A stretch of 64,000 nucleotides of DNA, taken from NCBI RefSeq assembly GCF_009914755.1, contig NC_060937.1. One strand, written 5' to 3'. The notes beneath the pieces are model-generated. The model searched no databases, was not told the origin of the DNA, and saw only the letters and a list, made by a program, of their open reading frames with translations. The translations under genes and the position numbers were made by a program. Source of the stretch: the human T2T-CHM13v2.0 reference genome, Homo sapiens. Shown piece by piece: positions 40,941-55,900 of the stretch (the first letter of the stretch is position 1; every line of letters begins with the position of its first letter).

Positions 40941-43743
40941 AAGAAAAATATTTCTTCTGCCAGTTGCTTATAGAATGCCAACAGGAGTAAAAATATCACC
41001 TTAGTCTTGGCCAAAGTTCAAGAGAATATGTTGAGAATTTATGAAGTTAGGAATTATTTGTCCCTAGAAAACATTTTCCATAGTGTTAAATGAAGAATTA
41101 AGGTATAAAACTTTAACCTTTAAAATGATCTCATGCTGCCAAGGCTGTTTAGTACTTCAGACAGGAGATAACTTTGGGTACTATTGAATCTGTGATTCTG
41201 AAAGGTAATTGATATATTGTGATGTAAGATATATGTACATGTACACATATGTACATATACATATCAGAAACATATTTCTGCCTATCAACATATTGGAAGT
41301 CTTTGAATAGTTTTAGCTATATATTCTCTTTGTACATTTAATTCTCAAATGAATTCACTACATTAGAGACTAAATCTTGGGACTAATAAGCAAACAATTA
41401 TTAAGAAAAGTGGAAAGTAAAACATAACCCAGTTTGGCCCACTCAGATAATGATTTGTAATAAAAGGAGAGGATATCTAATTGCAGCCCCAGCTTTGAAT
41501 GAAGGCACATTTTTATTCAGTTGTGCCTGACAGATGCAGTCACAATTTGGCACTACTGTGAGTCACTTATTCCTCTTACAGATTTTATTGATTGATTGTG
41601 ATGGATTTGTCTTTTTACTAAAGGAAGATTGTCAGACCATTATGGGCTTTGTGTGTGTTGATAAATTTGTTTACCTTGACTTTCCATTATTGGCACACGT
41701 ATTTTTATGTGTACATAAAAATAAAATTTCCTTTGTAAAGAATTGTTTTCATTTCCAAACATTGATTTCTTCTTTATAGTTCTATTAAGTACTATTGATC
41801 CAAGATGTCTGTATTTGATTATATCCTTGATTTTTGGACAGCTATGACAGCTGTCTTCAAAACTCTGGGAACATTTTTTTTTTTTTAACCAGATGAGTCT
41901 CCTTTTTCAGGCTAAAGATGTCACTGTAGACCCTTCTATGGAGAAGGAATATTGCATAATTGAAAGACAAACATACTTGGATTTAAATACTCGATTTTTA
42001 TTTGGTTTTTTCTTAGCAAAATAAAATTAAAAAAAATAACACCAAGCATGGACCAGTATACATGGAAGTAACTGGAAAGGTGCTCAGTAGAAGTTAGGTT
42101 TGTTTTTGCCCTGTCATTTACTCTGCCCCACTTTAACCCAATAAAATGATCAAGGACTTTATTTTTATTACTTTGTAAAACCAATAAAAAACTGGAAATT
42201 TATATTTTCATTCCAAGACATATAAACATCTTCCATTCCCTCATTATCTCTACTCCCATAAAACCTTTAAATCACACATTAAACTTTTGGTATTTAAAAA
42301 AAATGTCTCTGGCTAAGTAAATGTTTGATTTCTTTTACTTTCCCTTATTTGAATTTTTTGGAAATGTTATCCTCTATTATGAGGATGCTAGAAAATATAC
42401 ACTATCAGTTATGGTAGAAATATGACAAGCAACAAAATAGTCATTCAGTAGTAAACTAAGGTTAATTAGAATGAGACCGAACTCACAACTCTGTGTTTTC
42501 TTTCAAAGACTCCTAGTGAACTGTCATGGACACCATGCCTAACAGGGTGGCGTTTCTAATTATTCACCCATGTGAGTGCTCTCTCTTGGCAGGTAGGTGA
42601 CTTCACTCCCAGCCAGTTGGTGTGTCTGTTTATTTAGCTATAGTTTGTGGAATGTGAGTAGAAGTGATATGTCACTTCTGACACACAGAAAAAGCCCTCC
42701 TGATTCCCAGTTTTCTTTTTGTTTGTTTGTTTATGTAGGGGCCTATGTTACATGGAAACTTCATCAGCTGTAAACAGCATAGATTTTTAACTCTAAGGAG
42801 AATGCCTGCCTTTGAGTCACTGGGGTTTGAGGCTTTGAGTCATTGAGGCTTTGCCTTAGGATTAAATAGATTTACATTGAGTTAACTATTGAGACTTTGG
42901 GGTTTTATGGCACCACAACAAGATGTAATCTATCTTGGCTAAAGCTTTTGATGGAGAAATGCATGGTATTTGTGAAGGTCATTAATTCTCTCAGGAAATT
43001 TCTATGATTTATGTTGGGCCAGGCATTGTACTGACACCATGGTGGATAAAGGAAACACTGAACAAAACATAGACCCTAGCTCTTAGGAGTTGATGATCTG
43101 ATAGCAGCACTACCTTAAGTTTTATTGGCTCACTTTTGATCTTTCAAAGTATCTTTCCACAGTTCATCACAGTTCATTTCACTTAATCCTCACAACAACA
43201 CTATTCCTATTTACATTTCACAAATAAGTAAGCCAGGACTCAAATCCATTGAGCACGTAAATGAAAAGAAACAGAATTTACATGCGACCTCTGATTTCTG
43301 CCTGTTTAAATGTGCCCAACTAAGGTCTAGACTTGCGCATGAGTGAGCTGTCCTGACTGAAGGTGAGTCATGGGACCTTAAGAGAAGGTATACTTGAGGG
43401 AGAAGCAATGTACTGGGCAAAACAAAGGTGCAGAGCCTCAGAGAGTCTGCCTTTTGGGGACTGTAGGTTTGAGGCTAAGCACAATACTATGAGAAAGATT
43501 TATTTATTACAATTAACCTTTTTTTCTGTCTTTTCTGTTTTTTTTTCTCATTAACAAAGATATGGAGGAACAAAGAGGACATCTAAGAACTAAAGACTTC
43601 ATGTTTTTTTCTTTATATATAGAACCCCTAGATGGGAAATTTGCCAAATAACATTTTCATATAAATCTATATAATATTTTATTATATTTTTCTTTTAGTT
43701 GATTATTCTATACCTTCATCTCATCGATAAAAAAATTATTCCC

Positions 43744-44094
<351 letters not shown>

Positions 44095-45135
44095 TCATCC
44101 CTACTAGGACATAACACTTTTCTATTTGCTAAGTCATTTTTTGAGACTATGATCTATGTATTCTTGTTTTTCATATATAAGTTAAAGATAAACCTGTTTA
44201 TATTAATTAAATATTTTCTAAGGTATAAAGCCTTTAACATTATAAACTTGGAAAACGTGCTCACAATTTTTATCACATATATTGTCATCACACGTATTCT
44301 GAATGCCTAGCAAGGTTTAGTAAATGCTTATGAAATCAGCTCATGATAAATGAATGCATAAAACAAGGGTCCATTTTATTTTTTAAAGCCTTTTCATTAA
44401 ATGATGATACTAGGACAAGCCCTGAGATGCATTTGGGGTGTAATTAGAGGGCAAACACAGTAGATTCAATTCTAAAGGAAACAAACTTAAAAAAAAATGG
44501 AGGAAAGAGTATGAGTTGAAGCAATTAGGGGAAATAAATTGAGAAGGTTAACCTAAATTTGAGTCTAAGCCTTCATCTAAAAAGTTCAACCTAAATGTTT
44601 AAAATGAACTCTATTATAGTCAGGTTTTTTCGGTGTATACTTTTTTCATTTTTCTGCCCTGTAAAAATGAATATAAATTTATTACACATAAAATTTCATT
44701 TACCACTATCCAAAGAGAAGATTATTATGCAACTGTTGTAAAAATGACTGTATGTACAACCTTTCAGGAGACAAAAATAGAAAACTAGATTGGTCCAAGC
44801 TGACTAATAATTGTTCCTGCTGTTCAATTTTGGACAATTTGATTAATTAACTATTATTTTCAAGTAGTGATCAAACTGGAGAATAACCATATCCAATTAT
44901 TTTTTCTACATGGAAAAATATTTTTCATTTTTTCCATGAACAAAAGCAATGAACAGAAATTATCCAAAAAACTAGTGAGGCAGCAGCTTGTTCTGTAAAC
45001 TTCATTAGGAGAAAAAAAATCTTTCCAGGAATGAAATATTAACATTTGCTATGGCTGGACTTATATGTAATTGCTGTTATATCACAGAATTTTAAAATTT
45101 TGGTGTATCATGGAGTTATAGAAGTTAGACTTCTA

Positions 45136-45454
45136 GGCTGGGCACAGTGGCTCACGCCTGTAATCCCAGTACTTTGCGAGGCCAATGTGGACAGATCACG
45201 ATCACTTGAGGTCAAGAGTTCGAGACCAGCCTGGCCAGCATGGTGAAACTCTGTCTCTACTGAAAATACAAAAAAAAAAAAAAAAAAAAAAAAATTAGCC
45301 AGGCATAGTGGCAGGCAACTGTAATCCCAGCTACTCCGGAGGCTGAGGCATGAGAACCACTTGAACCCAGGAGGCAGAGGCTACAGTAAGTCGAGATATT
45401 GCCACTCCAGCCTGTATGACAGAGCAAGACTCCATCCTAAAAAAAATCTATAAT
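45136..45454 (+). mobile_element. AluS/J with expanded middle A-tract
   Basis: Dimer; TSD aagttaga(c/a)ttcta at 45122-45135 and 45455-45468. Confidence 0.92.
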
Positions 45455-47384
45455 AAGTTAGAATTCTATCATGGAATTATAGGAGCTTATTGTATTATGG
45501 AGTTTTCGTTTGCTGTATCATGTGTTTTAGAATTTTGTTACAATACAGAATTAAAAGTTTACTATGTCATGGAGTTAGAGAATGTGTAGGATCATAGAGT
45601 TATAAAATTTTGATGGTGAGGAAATCATCATAAATTATCTAGGGGCCCCAATAGTTTAACTGGCTTCCCTAGGGTCACTCAATTAATTGAAAATATGTCA
45701 GCATTTATCAGTTCTCTTTTTTCTTCTCCATGGTCAGCATTATATATTGTATTTGAATTATCCATGTAAGACCAAAACAATCTTATATTTGAATGCTTCT
45801 AGGAACTTAATTCTTTTTTTTCCAGATCTATATTCCTTTCAATCTCAGAAGCAACTAAATCTCAGTGGTCTCTGACTTTTTCTTGTCAACTTTTTTTTCA
45901 TGTTCCATAATATTCAATAATCAGCATATGGCATCCTTATTCAATCCACTTTGGCCATTTAAACAATTTTCATCACCACTCTATTTGTATCTAGAAGGCA
46001 TATAAAATTAAAGTATGAAACGATACCATAAGGATAAAAGGTAGTAGATTCAATTTAAAGTAACAAAAAATTTGATATTGTTAGAAACATGAAATGAATT
46101 TTCAGTTTTGAATTAAAGCTAATTTCTGAGTTTCCTGGCAGCTAAAAATAAAGAAGAAACTTGAATAACTAAATTCCTTTTAAAATAAAATATATGTAAA
46201 TAATACTTGATATAAAATATACTTGAATACATATACATCCTCATTTCGAGAAAAACTTTTTATAGCATTTAATCCAACAAAATTCTCTTATAAATCCTCT
46301 ACAAAACAATAAATGTATCTTCAAAAATGATACAGCCAAAACAAAATGCACAATTATCAAATTAAAGCTTCCTTCATAAAAAATAGAGTATAATCTTAGA
46401 TCATAACTCATTGAAAGTCTTCTTCCTCTTTCCACACAAGTACATTATGTGCTCGTGATCTAACTGAACACAGCGATGTAAATCACAGGACATGAATGCC
46501 AAGTATTTTACATATTCAATTACTGGGACCATTTTTTTGGTGTTAGATTACAATTAAATCAAAATTAATTTCTCTGATGAACATCACAAGTGTTTATGAG
46601 CTTTTTTATTGACTACTGAGAGCTTCACGGATTTCACAAGAAGCTTTTCAGCCCACAACATCCTGTTTCATGAAAACCGTATGTTTCATGAAAACAGTCT
46701 AACTGGAAGCATTGTTTTGGTGAGGATCAGGATCAGGACCACAAGAGTAGCTCTGACTCAGTCCAGGGTTTTCCTCCCTGATGAACTCTGAGTCTTCTCA
46801 AGCCCATGGAGCAGTGTGTAACTGAAACCCCAGTGCTCTGAGTTATAGCATAAAACATCCTTGTCCCAAAATGATTAAGGGCATTTGTTGTGAGTCAATA
46901 GCTTTGACATAAAAGGACATCAACAAAGCCACTAAAGGTTATCTTAACTACATTTTGAAATATTTCTGAAGAAGTTTTCTGAAAAATGAACTTTAGGAAA
47001 TATTCAGGACCTACCCTTACGCAATAGTTGATGAAAACTATCAATTGAGATGTTGAAAAATCTTCATTACATGCAAAGACTGTGGTTTAGTGTGGCTTTT
47101 TCTAAACCATGCTAACAATTGGCCAAAAAATGTTTAAGTGTGTTTGGGCTTGGGAAAATAAAAATCAACATTGAGAAAACATCAGTCTTTCTGATTTTTT
47201 ACTGCAATCAGATTGCGACTATGAATTATTGCATAATTTATATTAATAACTTACATTATATATTACTTTGGAGTACTTCTACATGTCTTATCTTAAAAAT
47301 ACCAGTAATTGCCTTGTGAACGAGATATTTACATTTGAAGAGTGCTAAGGCTCAAAGTGATTAAAAATTATGTGTCATTTATTA

Positions 47385-47830
47385 GTTGAGATTAGGATTG
47401 GCTCCAAGAAAAACCATAAACACTTTGACTTAAACAAGCTGTTTTTCCTAAGCCCTTGCGTTTATTTTTCTCTCAAGTTCAAGGCTGGTATAGTGTTTCA
47501 CTAGTGAGGAATTCAGGCTCCTTCTATTTTACTGCCCTGCAATATACACTTTCAATCTCAAGTTTATCACTTGGTCAAAGAGGGCTGCTGAAGCTCTGGC
47601 AATTATGATCACATTTTGTTAGAAGGAAAAAGAAAGGGAAGAGTAGTTTCTGGAAATCACACTCTCCTTCCGACAAGGTCATTTAGTGGCATGGCCACGC
47701 CTGGCTGTAAAGGCGTCTAGGAAATTTTTTTGTTCTCAGCAGCCATGTGTATAGCTGAAAATGAGGGATTCTATTACTATGAAAAAAGGAGTGAATCTAT
47801 ATAATGTATCACCTTCCAGTTTCCGCTACA
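47385..47830 (-). mobile_element. Old MaLR LTR (MLT1J/K-like)
   Basis: ttcaggctccttctatttt...ggctgctgaagctc...catggccacgcctggctgtaaagg. Confidence 0.6.
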
Positions 47831-48879
47831 CCTAGCATCTTATGTCTAGTAAGTAATGAAACCAGGACCTGAGCCTGGTCTTTCTTGTTCTTTGTCTCTA
47901 TGGTCTAATTACAGTTCCTGCCATGTAATTAAAAGGAAATAGGCTGATACATAACTTTGCTTTCACCATTTTGAGCTGTAATAGTATCTGTCATGAGACT
48001 GCTCCTGCTTGCTGTCATTTTGTCAGATTGTTTAGATAGAATCTTTGAAGAAACAATACTGATAGTTCTGCTACTATGAAAGATTTGTGTGTACAAAGAT
48101 TCTGTCTATGCAGTTAAAGTTCAAAATTATTTTCTTGAGTGCTATGAAGTCTTACTATATTTCTGTTTTCTTGTTAAGAAAGAACTGAATACATTAATAA
48201 TTAGTTGTGAAATACGTGTATCTTCCTCTACTCCTTGCAAGATTTTAGATCAAGAGACTCATTTCTTTTCAAAAAATGAATAAACACCATTTGAAGGGAC
48301 CATGAAGGATGAATATGTCTATCTTTTTAAAGCAACAGAAAATTTTACATCTTGCAGTTGGCATGGCCATCCTTTGAGACCAACCATAGAAAATATAAAT
48401 AACGTAGCCGAGATTGGGGCTTATTGGAACTCCCAATTTTCTTTAGGAGAGAGTTGATTTCCTGAGCGTTTTCATCTTAAGATAAATCAAATATTGATAT
48501 TAATATTGATGCAAAAGTATGCTCAATGATTGACTCAAAATAGAAGTATGTTTTGACAGAATTTCAGCACCTTTCTATAGAAATGGCCTACATCAGAATT
48601 ATGCTTTTAGACCTGGATCTCCCAAATGTCCAGAAGTTGTGGGAAAATAAAACCAAAAAAATTTGAAGAAAATTAAAAGCTTGATGAAAGGAAAGGAGAA
48701 CAAATGCTTTATTATATTGCTATTATTATAGAGGTTTAAAATGGCTAAAAACTCTCTATGTCTATATCTGGAGATGTAAAAGTGGAAATAAGTGAATTAT
48801 TTATCTCAGTTCAGAGAGCTGTAAAAACAATTAATCTGAAGATGAGAAGCAGATCCTTCAGGTTAGACTTTTTAATTAC

Positions 48880-49070
48880 AGCAGTGGTCCTTATAATTTA
48901 GGATGCGTTTGATTCACCTAGCGAGCTTGTTAAAACACAGATGACTGGTCCCTACCCCCACAGTTTCTGATTCAGCCAATCTAGAATGAGACTTGAAATG
49001 TGCTTTTTTTTTACAAATTTCCAGGTGATGTTGATGGCACTGGTCTGGGACTGCACTTTAAGACCACTAT
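48880..49070. mobile_element. MER5A hAT-Charlie MITE
   Basis: cagtggtcc...cttgttaaaacacagat...tttctgattcag...ccaggtgatgttgatg...gaccacta. Confidence 0.85.
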
Positions 49071-49644
49071 AATACAGCATAGTTATTTAAGGGAAAACTT
49101 CCCTCCTTTGAAATTGTGTTGTGATTGTTCACCCTGTGGAAGAGAAAGATGATGTTTATAGCATTCCCACATCTCTGGCATGACACCAAATTACTTGCAT
49201 GAAAAGACAAACAGTGCACAATTTATCCAGATGTTTAATCTGTGACTCTACATAAGACCAAACAGCCAGAAATTGCAAAGTTTCAAGCAAATTAAACATC
49301 TGGATATTTGATTTATTTTTTACATTCTAATCTAATCTAATATTTTTGGTTCAGTTAGACTCAATCTCTCCTTTATGTAGCAATTTCCAGATTAAGAAGT
49401 CACCTCCCAACATGGACCTATCTACTGCTATTTTTTTCCAGCATGCAACAGCTATGCCACATTGAACCCTGACGCATATCTCTTAGTTGCATTTCTGATA
49501 CATCCACTAGTCATCATTTCATTTGTCATTCTGCTACTCTCTACATATTTCAATTTTCTCAGCAAGAAATCCATGAGGCCACTTAATAAGATGTTTTACC
49601 TGCAATGACCCCACCATGGTTACAACTCTTAAGAAAAGGTATCT

Positions 49645-49998
<354 letters not shown>

Positions 49999-51489
49999 TC
50001 ATAGAACTACCAGTATATCCAGTTTACCATGATTTATCTAAATAGTTATATTTGAAGAAGCATTTTCACTTATTAAGTCATACTCAGAGCACATCATAGA
50101 AATAAGATAGAAGAAATGTTTTAAATGATTCATATGTGTGTATACTTGGATTAATTTTATATGCTTCTATCTTAGTCTCTATATAACCTCTTACCTGAAA
50201 AAAAAAGGAAACACACAAATTCTAGTCTTAGTGAATGGCACATGTTGTTCAAGTAGTGTTAAAAGCAACAGATTTCTAGTACAAAAAAATTGATTTGTTT
50301 GGGCCACTGTATTTTTTGTGTTTGGCTTTTTTATAAAATTGAGGCTTGATTTATTGAAAGTCAAAATCAAATGAAATACACACACAGATGGTATCTACAG
50401 TCATTTTTGACATTAGTGTACGACAACTTTTTTGCATGAGACATTTTTGATCAAATAAATAAATTTTAAAGACTCCAATTACTTCTCATTTAGACAGCTG
50501 ATGTTGTGAGGCTTCAAAGAAAAGTCATTTCTTAGGAAGTGCCACAAATGGATGAAAACTATTAGCTCTGAAAGCGTCTTTGAGATAAAAGCTTCCTGTT
50601 GTATTATGCATGATAAAGAAAATGGAAACTTCAAAAACATTTGGTTAAAATTTGACTCTATAATATAGTTTAGTTCCTGTAAAAGAACACCTATTCAGTG
50701 AGAATAAAATAGGTAGATTTTCTGTGCATGATATCAAAAGGTACAATAAGGTGGTAAAATAAACAATAAATTATGAGAAACTGTGATTGACAGTATGAAG
50801 TGCGATCATTGGAGGTGGCTAAAGTATGCTGTGGTCTTGTAGAGATGTTAGTTGAATATTTTCGAAGCCATCAGATCTAAGTACAGTAGTGCTCGCATCA
50901 ACTATTAACACTAATTCATCAAATCTCAATGCACTGAAACTCACATCTGTGATTAATAGGAAGTCCTATCATTTTCATAAATCCTCAGGATAAGTGGTTA
51001 CATGTAAAATCCAGGTAATAAGTCCAAATCTCAGCCCACATCTCAGACAGGGCTTGTGAAGGGTTGAGGAAAAGCAGACAAGTCAGTTTGGTTGACAGAA
51101 CAAGTGACAGGGGTGTAATCACAGATGGAACCAAGACGTAAGGCAGGGAACTAGGGCAGTTCAGGTTGGTTGGATGTGAGTTGATAAATATTTGTCTGAA
51201 CTCTACGTTCTGAAAGGATTCACATTCTTTCTCATGAGGCCCTCAGGTCCCATGCAAATCAGAGAATATGGAACATTCTTTGTTTTAAGGGTTCCTTTAA
51301 TGTTATGTGGTAATTAGAAGCTGCTTTGGGGATAATGATTAGAAAGCTCACCTACCAACTTGCTAAGAGCCCAACATACACAATCTGTCTAAAGAGAGTC
51401 CCCCTAACTCTACAGAATGGCATATTAGATTGCCCACTCTACGTCTCTGTGGAACAATTCACCCTCTATTGCAGTTAGAAACTGTAAAT

Positions 51490-52119
51490 ATCAATCAATA
51501 TTCAGTCAAGGAGAAAGGATTCACTTAGATACTTCAAGGGATTAATTCTGGGAACTGGAAACAAAGGTGATGTGGTAACTTGAAGACAAATAAAGAAGAA
51601 AGTGATGGAATGGGAATCAGAAAGTTAGGTGTAGGAGGGACTGAAAGTACAAAAGAAAGATGTTCCTCAGTGGTCAGGAGGTTCCTTCTGAAGCCATAAG
51701 CTGAAGCTCAGGAGCCCACACGCTCTGTTGAGCTGCTGGAGGTTCTGATGCTCAGCAGGAGCCATCGGCTGCTGTTGCTGCTGCTGCTATTGCTATTGCT
51801 GCTGCTGCTGAAGTTACTGAAAGTGTAATTGCTGAGGCTACTGGAGACACCAATTGCTGCACCTGAGCAGAAGCCATCACTGCACACATTGAAGTTGCTG
51901 GAGTTGTCTGGAGACCGTGGTCACTTTTAGTGGCCTTCTACTTTTCCTTTATTTCCCCCATATTTTAATCCCTTAGCTATGACCCTCACTTGTAAAACCT
52001 AATCATAATCCAGTTGCCTTGAAATACTTGGTATTGTTTTTTTCAGACTTCTAGCCCCTTGAAATACAAAAGAAAACAAGAAAAATGGAACTGAGTCGCC
52101 AGAGACCATATGTGGAACA
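51490..52119 (-). mobile_element. ERVL-class LTR (3' LTR), containing a CTG-rich tract
   Basis: On the minus strand the polypurine tract aaaggggtggac is followed by TGT at 52119; left boundary approximate. Confidence 0.6.
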
Positions 52120-55100
52120 GTCCACCCCTTTGTTTACTCAGCATCCACAAGCATACTTCTTTCTACCTATATTTAACTTCTGAACAGCAACAATTTCAAT
52201 GACCTCATCACACAACTAGTCCTGATAAGATTTTTTAAAAATCATCTTTTTCCAAAAAGAGAGATGGCAAGAAAAAGGCTTACCAGTCACAATATTCTCA
52301 TCTGAGTAATTTTTCCATTTTTAGTTCTATCAATTGCCTTCAGATTCTATAACCTAATCACTATCAATAAGGAGGAGGTAGAGAGGGAGAAAATATTAGT
52401 AAACACATACAAATAATAGGCATCACAAGTGAGGAAATATGCATAAAGGCTAAATCTTCACTTCTCTAAGTGTAAGTGGCTGCAAGGTTATGATTAATAT
52501 TAATGTCTGTTTTGTTTCCACTCAATTTGTCTCTTGCCTCAGCCATCCTGTCAGCTGATCAGAATTATTTACCAGATAGCCTGAGCTAAAGCGTCATTTT
52601 TGAAGCATTGAGTTATTAAAGGCAATGCCTTTTTTGATGTGCTATAATCTCCTGTTAACTTTACTACTGGACACCAAAGTGCTACCAGGCACTCCTGACA
52701 TAGTCCTCACTTCTCTCATTCTGTAACAGTAAACCCATTTCCTACTGATGTTTGAGATTGATCATTGCATACTAGACTTCTTTTCTTTTTTTTTTCTTTT
52801 TGCTTATTGGGTCACTGGCATGAAAATTGAAAAATATTCAAGTGTCTGTCTCAACTTTAAGTTCTCTGAAGCCATCATTTTGTTCTGGGTGGAAGCATTC
52901 CTTTCTTGAGAACTAAGACCTCAATACTAGCCAAGCTTAAAGCTGAGGTGGGGGCAAGAATAAATTCTTTTTTAATCTTGGTATTAGGATTAATGAAGAG
53001 AGGAGTCACTCTATTTCTGTACCTTGATTCCTGGGCCCAGGTATTCTGAATATGAGAGAAATAGTACAATGTATTAGTCACTAGTTTAAAGCATATATAC
53101 ACCATATAAGATAGGATCTCAGCCCTGGAATGTCTTGTCAGCTGGCCAAGCAGAATTTGCCATAACCATTCCACCATCCTAGTAGATAAGACGTTTTTGA
53201 ATGATGGAGTACATAGTAAAGCCAATGAATCCCTTGGGAGTGAGCCTATTTTCTTCTTTTTCTATAAAATGAGTTCTTTGATTAAAAGCAATGTTATGTG
53301 AGATAATATAAAAATGAATAAGGAATTCAGTTAGGATACAAATAAGAGTGCTAAAGGCATGTTTTGGATAAAATCCAAAGTGTTTATTCCAGTGATGATG
53401 AATTATTTTCCATTCCAAGATAGAAGGGATTGACTGCACCTAGCCTGCTAGCAGGTGGTTGGCTGAATCCCTAGGTAATTGTGTCAGAGTGGGAGCTCAC
53501 TATGGTGTCTGACTAAGCATTCAGCAAAGGCAATAGCAAAATCAGCCATGGTGAGGGGAAGACATTTTGAGAACTTTGGATCTACTGGAACATGAGGCCT
53601 ACGTAGCAGAATAGCTTGCATTGAATATCCTGGACTTGTTAGAACCCATCTCTTATTTTGGTGTCTGCTCAAAAGTGGCAGCCTTCCAATGGGTAAACGC
53701 CTCAGAGAGACACATTTAAGTCTAGTCTCAAGGATACAAGGAGGCCCAGAAATTATTGTGCCATTTTCTTGGTGGCAGGTTGTACACAGTGTCACTTGAT
53801 CTTCATGTAGGAGAACTGGACATACATGTCCTAGGCTATGTGTATTATACTAGACTACTAGACCCCAAGAATACCAGACATATATGCTCTAAACTGTGGA
53901 CTTTTAGGAATCTCACTGAGGTGGCAGACTAAATTTGATTGAAATTTATTTCCTACTTTTGGTAGACAGTTAGAGGGAGAGGAGAGAGACAGACAGAGAT
54001 AGGTCTAACCAAATCATCTAGAGTGTTTGCTACAACCTTCTCACAAGACATAGTCAGCATGACAATAACCAGTGACCAGTGGACCACTAGGATGACAAAA
54101 TAATAAAGATTCTTGTGTACAGTATTAAGGCAGAGAGAAGAAGTGATACAGTTCTGAGTTAAAGCAGTAAAAGTGTACTGAGATGTCTGTAAGATGAAAA
54201 CAAAACAAACTACTGGTGTAGTTTTTCTAATTAAAATAGGGGAAAATTAATTTGTCAAAATAGTAGTTGCATAGCAGGTAGCAGGAACTGTGCCGATTTT
54301 CTCCAGTAAAAACTCAATGAATGCTGTTGGAGTCACCACCTGATTAAATTTACAATTGTCTACTGTTATTATGATGCATTGGTCCTTTGCATAAAAAAAA
54401 GAGAATCTGAGGATACTACTACTCCTGCACCTTTCAGTACTTTGTGGTTCACCTAGGTATACAGGATTGGTTTAGTTTTATAGAGAGTGGTTGTTTCAGA
54501 GGCTTCTTGATTCTTCCTACAAAATAGACCCCACCGCGTGTTTCAGAAAACCACCTGGAGATTCTGCCAGTTCTAAGTGTGTACATTCCAACTATATACT
54601 CTAGATTGTATTTGAAGATGCAGTTGCATAGGCTAAAGCTCCAGACATCCATAAGCTACCATTCTGACTGATGGACCACAGTGGCATCTTAGGTCTCAGG
54701 AACTAGTGTCAGTGTAGAGCCAGTGTCTAGTAATTTCCACAAATCTGTATATTTTCCTTACACCAGTAAAAATTTTCCCTGTTAGGTGGCTGCAGGAGGA
54801 AGGTTCAGTTGCATACTTAGAGCATTGTCTCAATGTCCTTTCTAGAGAAAACTCATTCTGTTTTTTCCTCCATTAACAGGGTCCTGAGTCTACAAATTGA
54901 AGCAGGTCTGAGAATTTGGTTAGGAGCTGGGATTTTAAATTACGGTTAGTTTAAGTCAAGTACCTTCACCTGAAAGCGAGTAATTATTTTTCTTTTACAT
55001 ATCAAATGAAACATTAGTAGTCTACCCACCTATTTTAGCCTATGGGATATTTGAACAGTTAGCTAACGCCAAGATCTTTGTAGGTCATATCATTCTGATA

Positions 55101-55900
55101 CTTCTCTGAGGCTGCTGCCCATTTACATAAACAAATTCATCTTTTCTCCAGTGATTAATCCCTGCTCTCCAGCCTCAGTCATTTGGGGATCTCATCATCC
55201 CCATTGAAATCAGAGAACCTGTGTCTATGAAGGCGTTTCCCACTGGCCTCTCTTCATGTAGAGAACGATTACTATAATACCTGGCTTTCCTGTATTGCTA
55301 GTACTTTTTAGACTACTGTATTTCTCTATGCTTCAGTGAAGCAAGTCTCTGGACCTTTCCAATTAGAAATTTGATAAGCAGCTTATTCTAAAATTTTTAT
55401 ATCCTTAAGATTCTTATCTGTACTGGCATGTCAACTTCATTTAATAGTCTTCAGTTCAAGCTAGGTTTCAACCAGTCATTTGAGCAAACCCTCAGTATCC
55501 CTTCTGGCCCCTTAAAGTAGTATGTTGACATTAGAATCCTTGGTCAGTTCATCCATATCCGCAAAACTGGTCAGATTCAACATTACACTCTCTTCTCCTT
55601 GTTTTAAAACAACTATAATCCATTTTCTAAAGGCAAATGTCCAGGTACCTGTAACTCTTTTATCGTCTATGTGATTCCTGGGAAGCTGCTGGAGGTACTG
55701 CTTCTGAACAAGAGCCACCGTGGCTGCTGATCCTGGGAACTATAACGTGGCTGGAGGCTTTAATCACCCACAGTCACTAACTTCTTGTAAAACTGTGAAA
55801 TAGTTAGATGAATATTGCTTCTATAATTTCTGCTTCCTTGAATATAATGCAGTTTTCCTGGAAGTCTAGTACAAAAAAAAGGCTTTTGAAAATTATTCAA
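52120..55900 (-). mobile_element. Degraded ERVL/HERV16-like internal region (gag, partial pol, integrase and dUTPase-proximal remnants)
   Basis: EFLIHFYIISHNIAFNQRTHF (integrase, cf. HGIPHSIASDQGTHF); LASIEVLVLKKGMLPP (cf. SAGLEVLVPEGGTLPP); FADMDELTKDS (gag, cf. FIDMGPLSRDS). Confidence 0.8.

Noticed and set aside
51768-51810. CTG/CAG-rich tract as a polyglutamine or polyalanine exon
   Set aside because: Interrupted, inside an LTR-like region, with no supporting ORF or splice context
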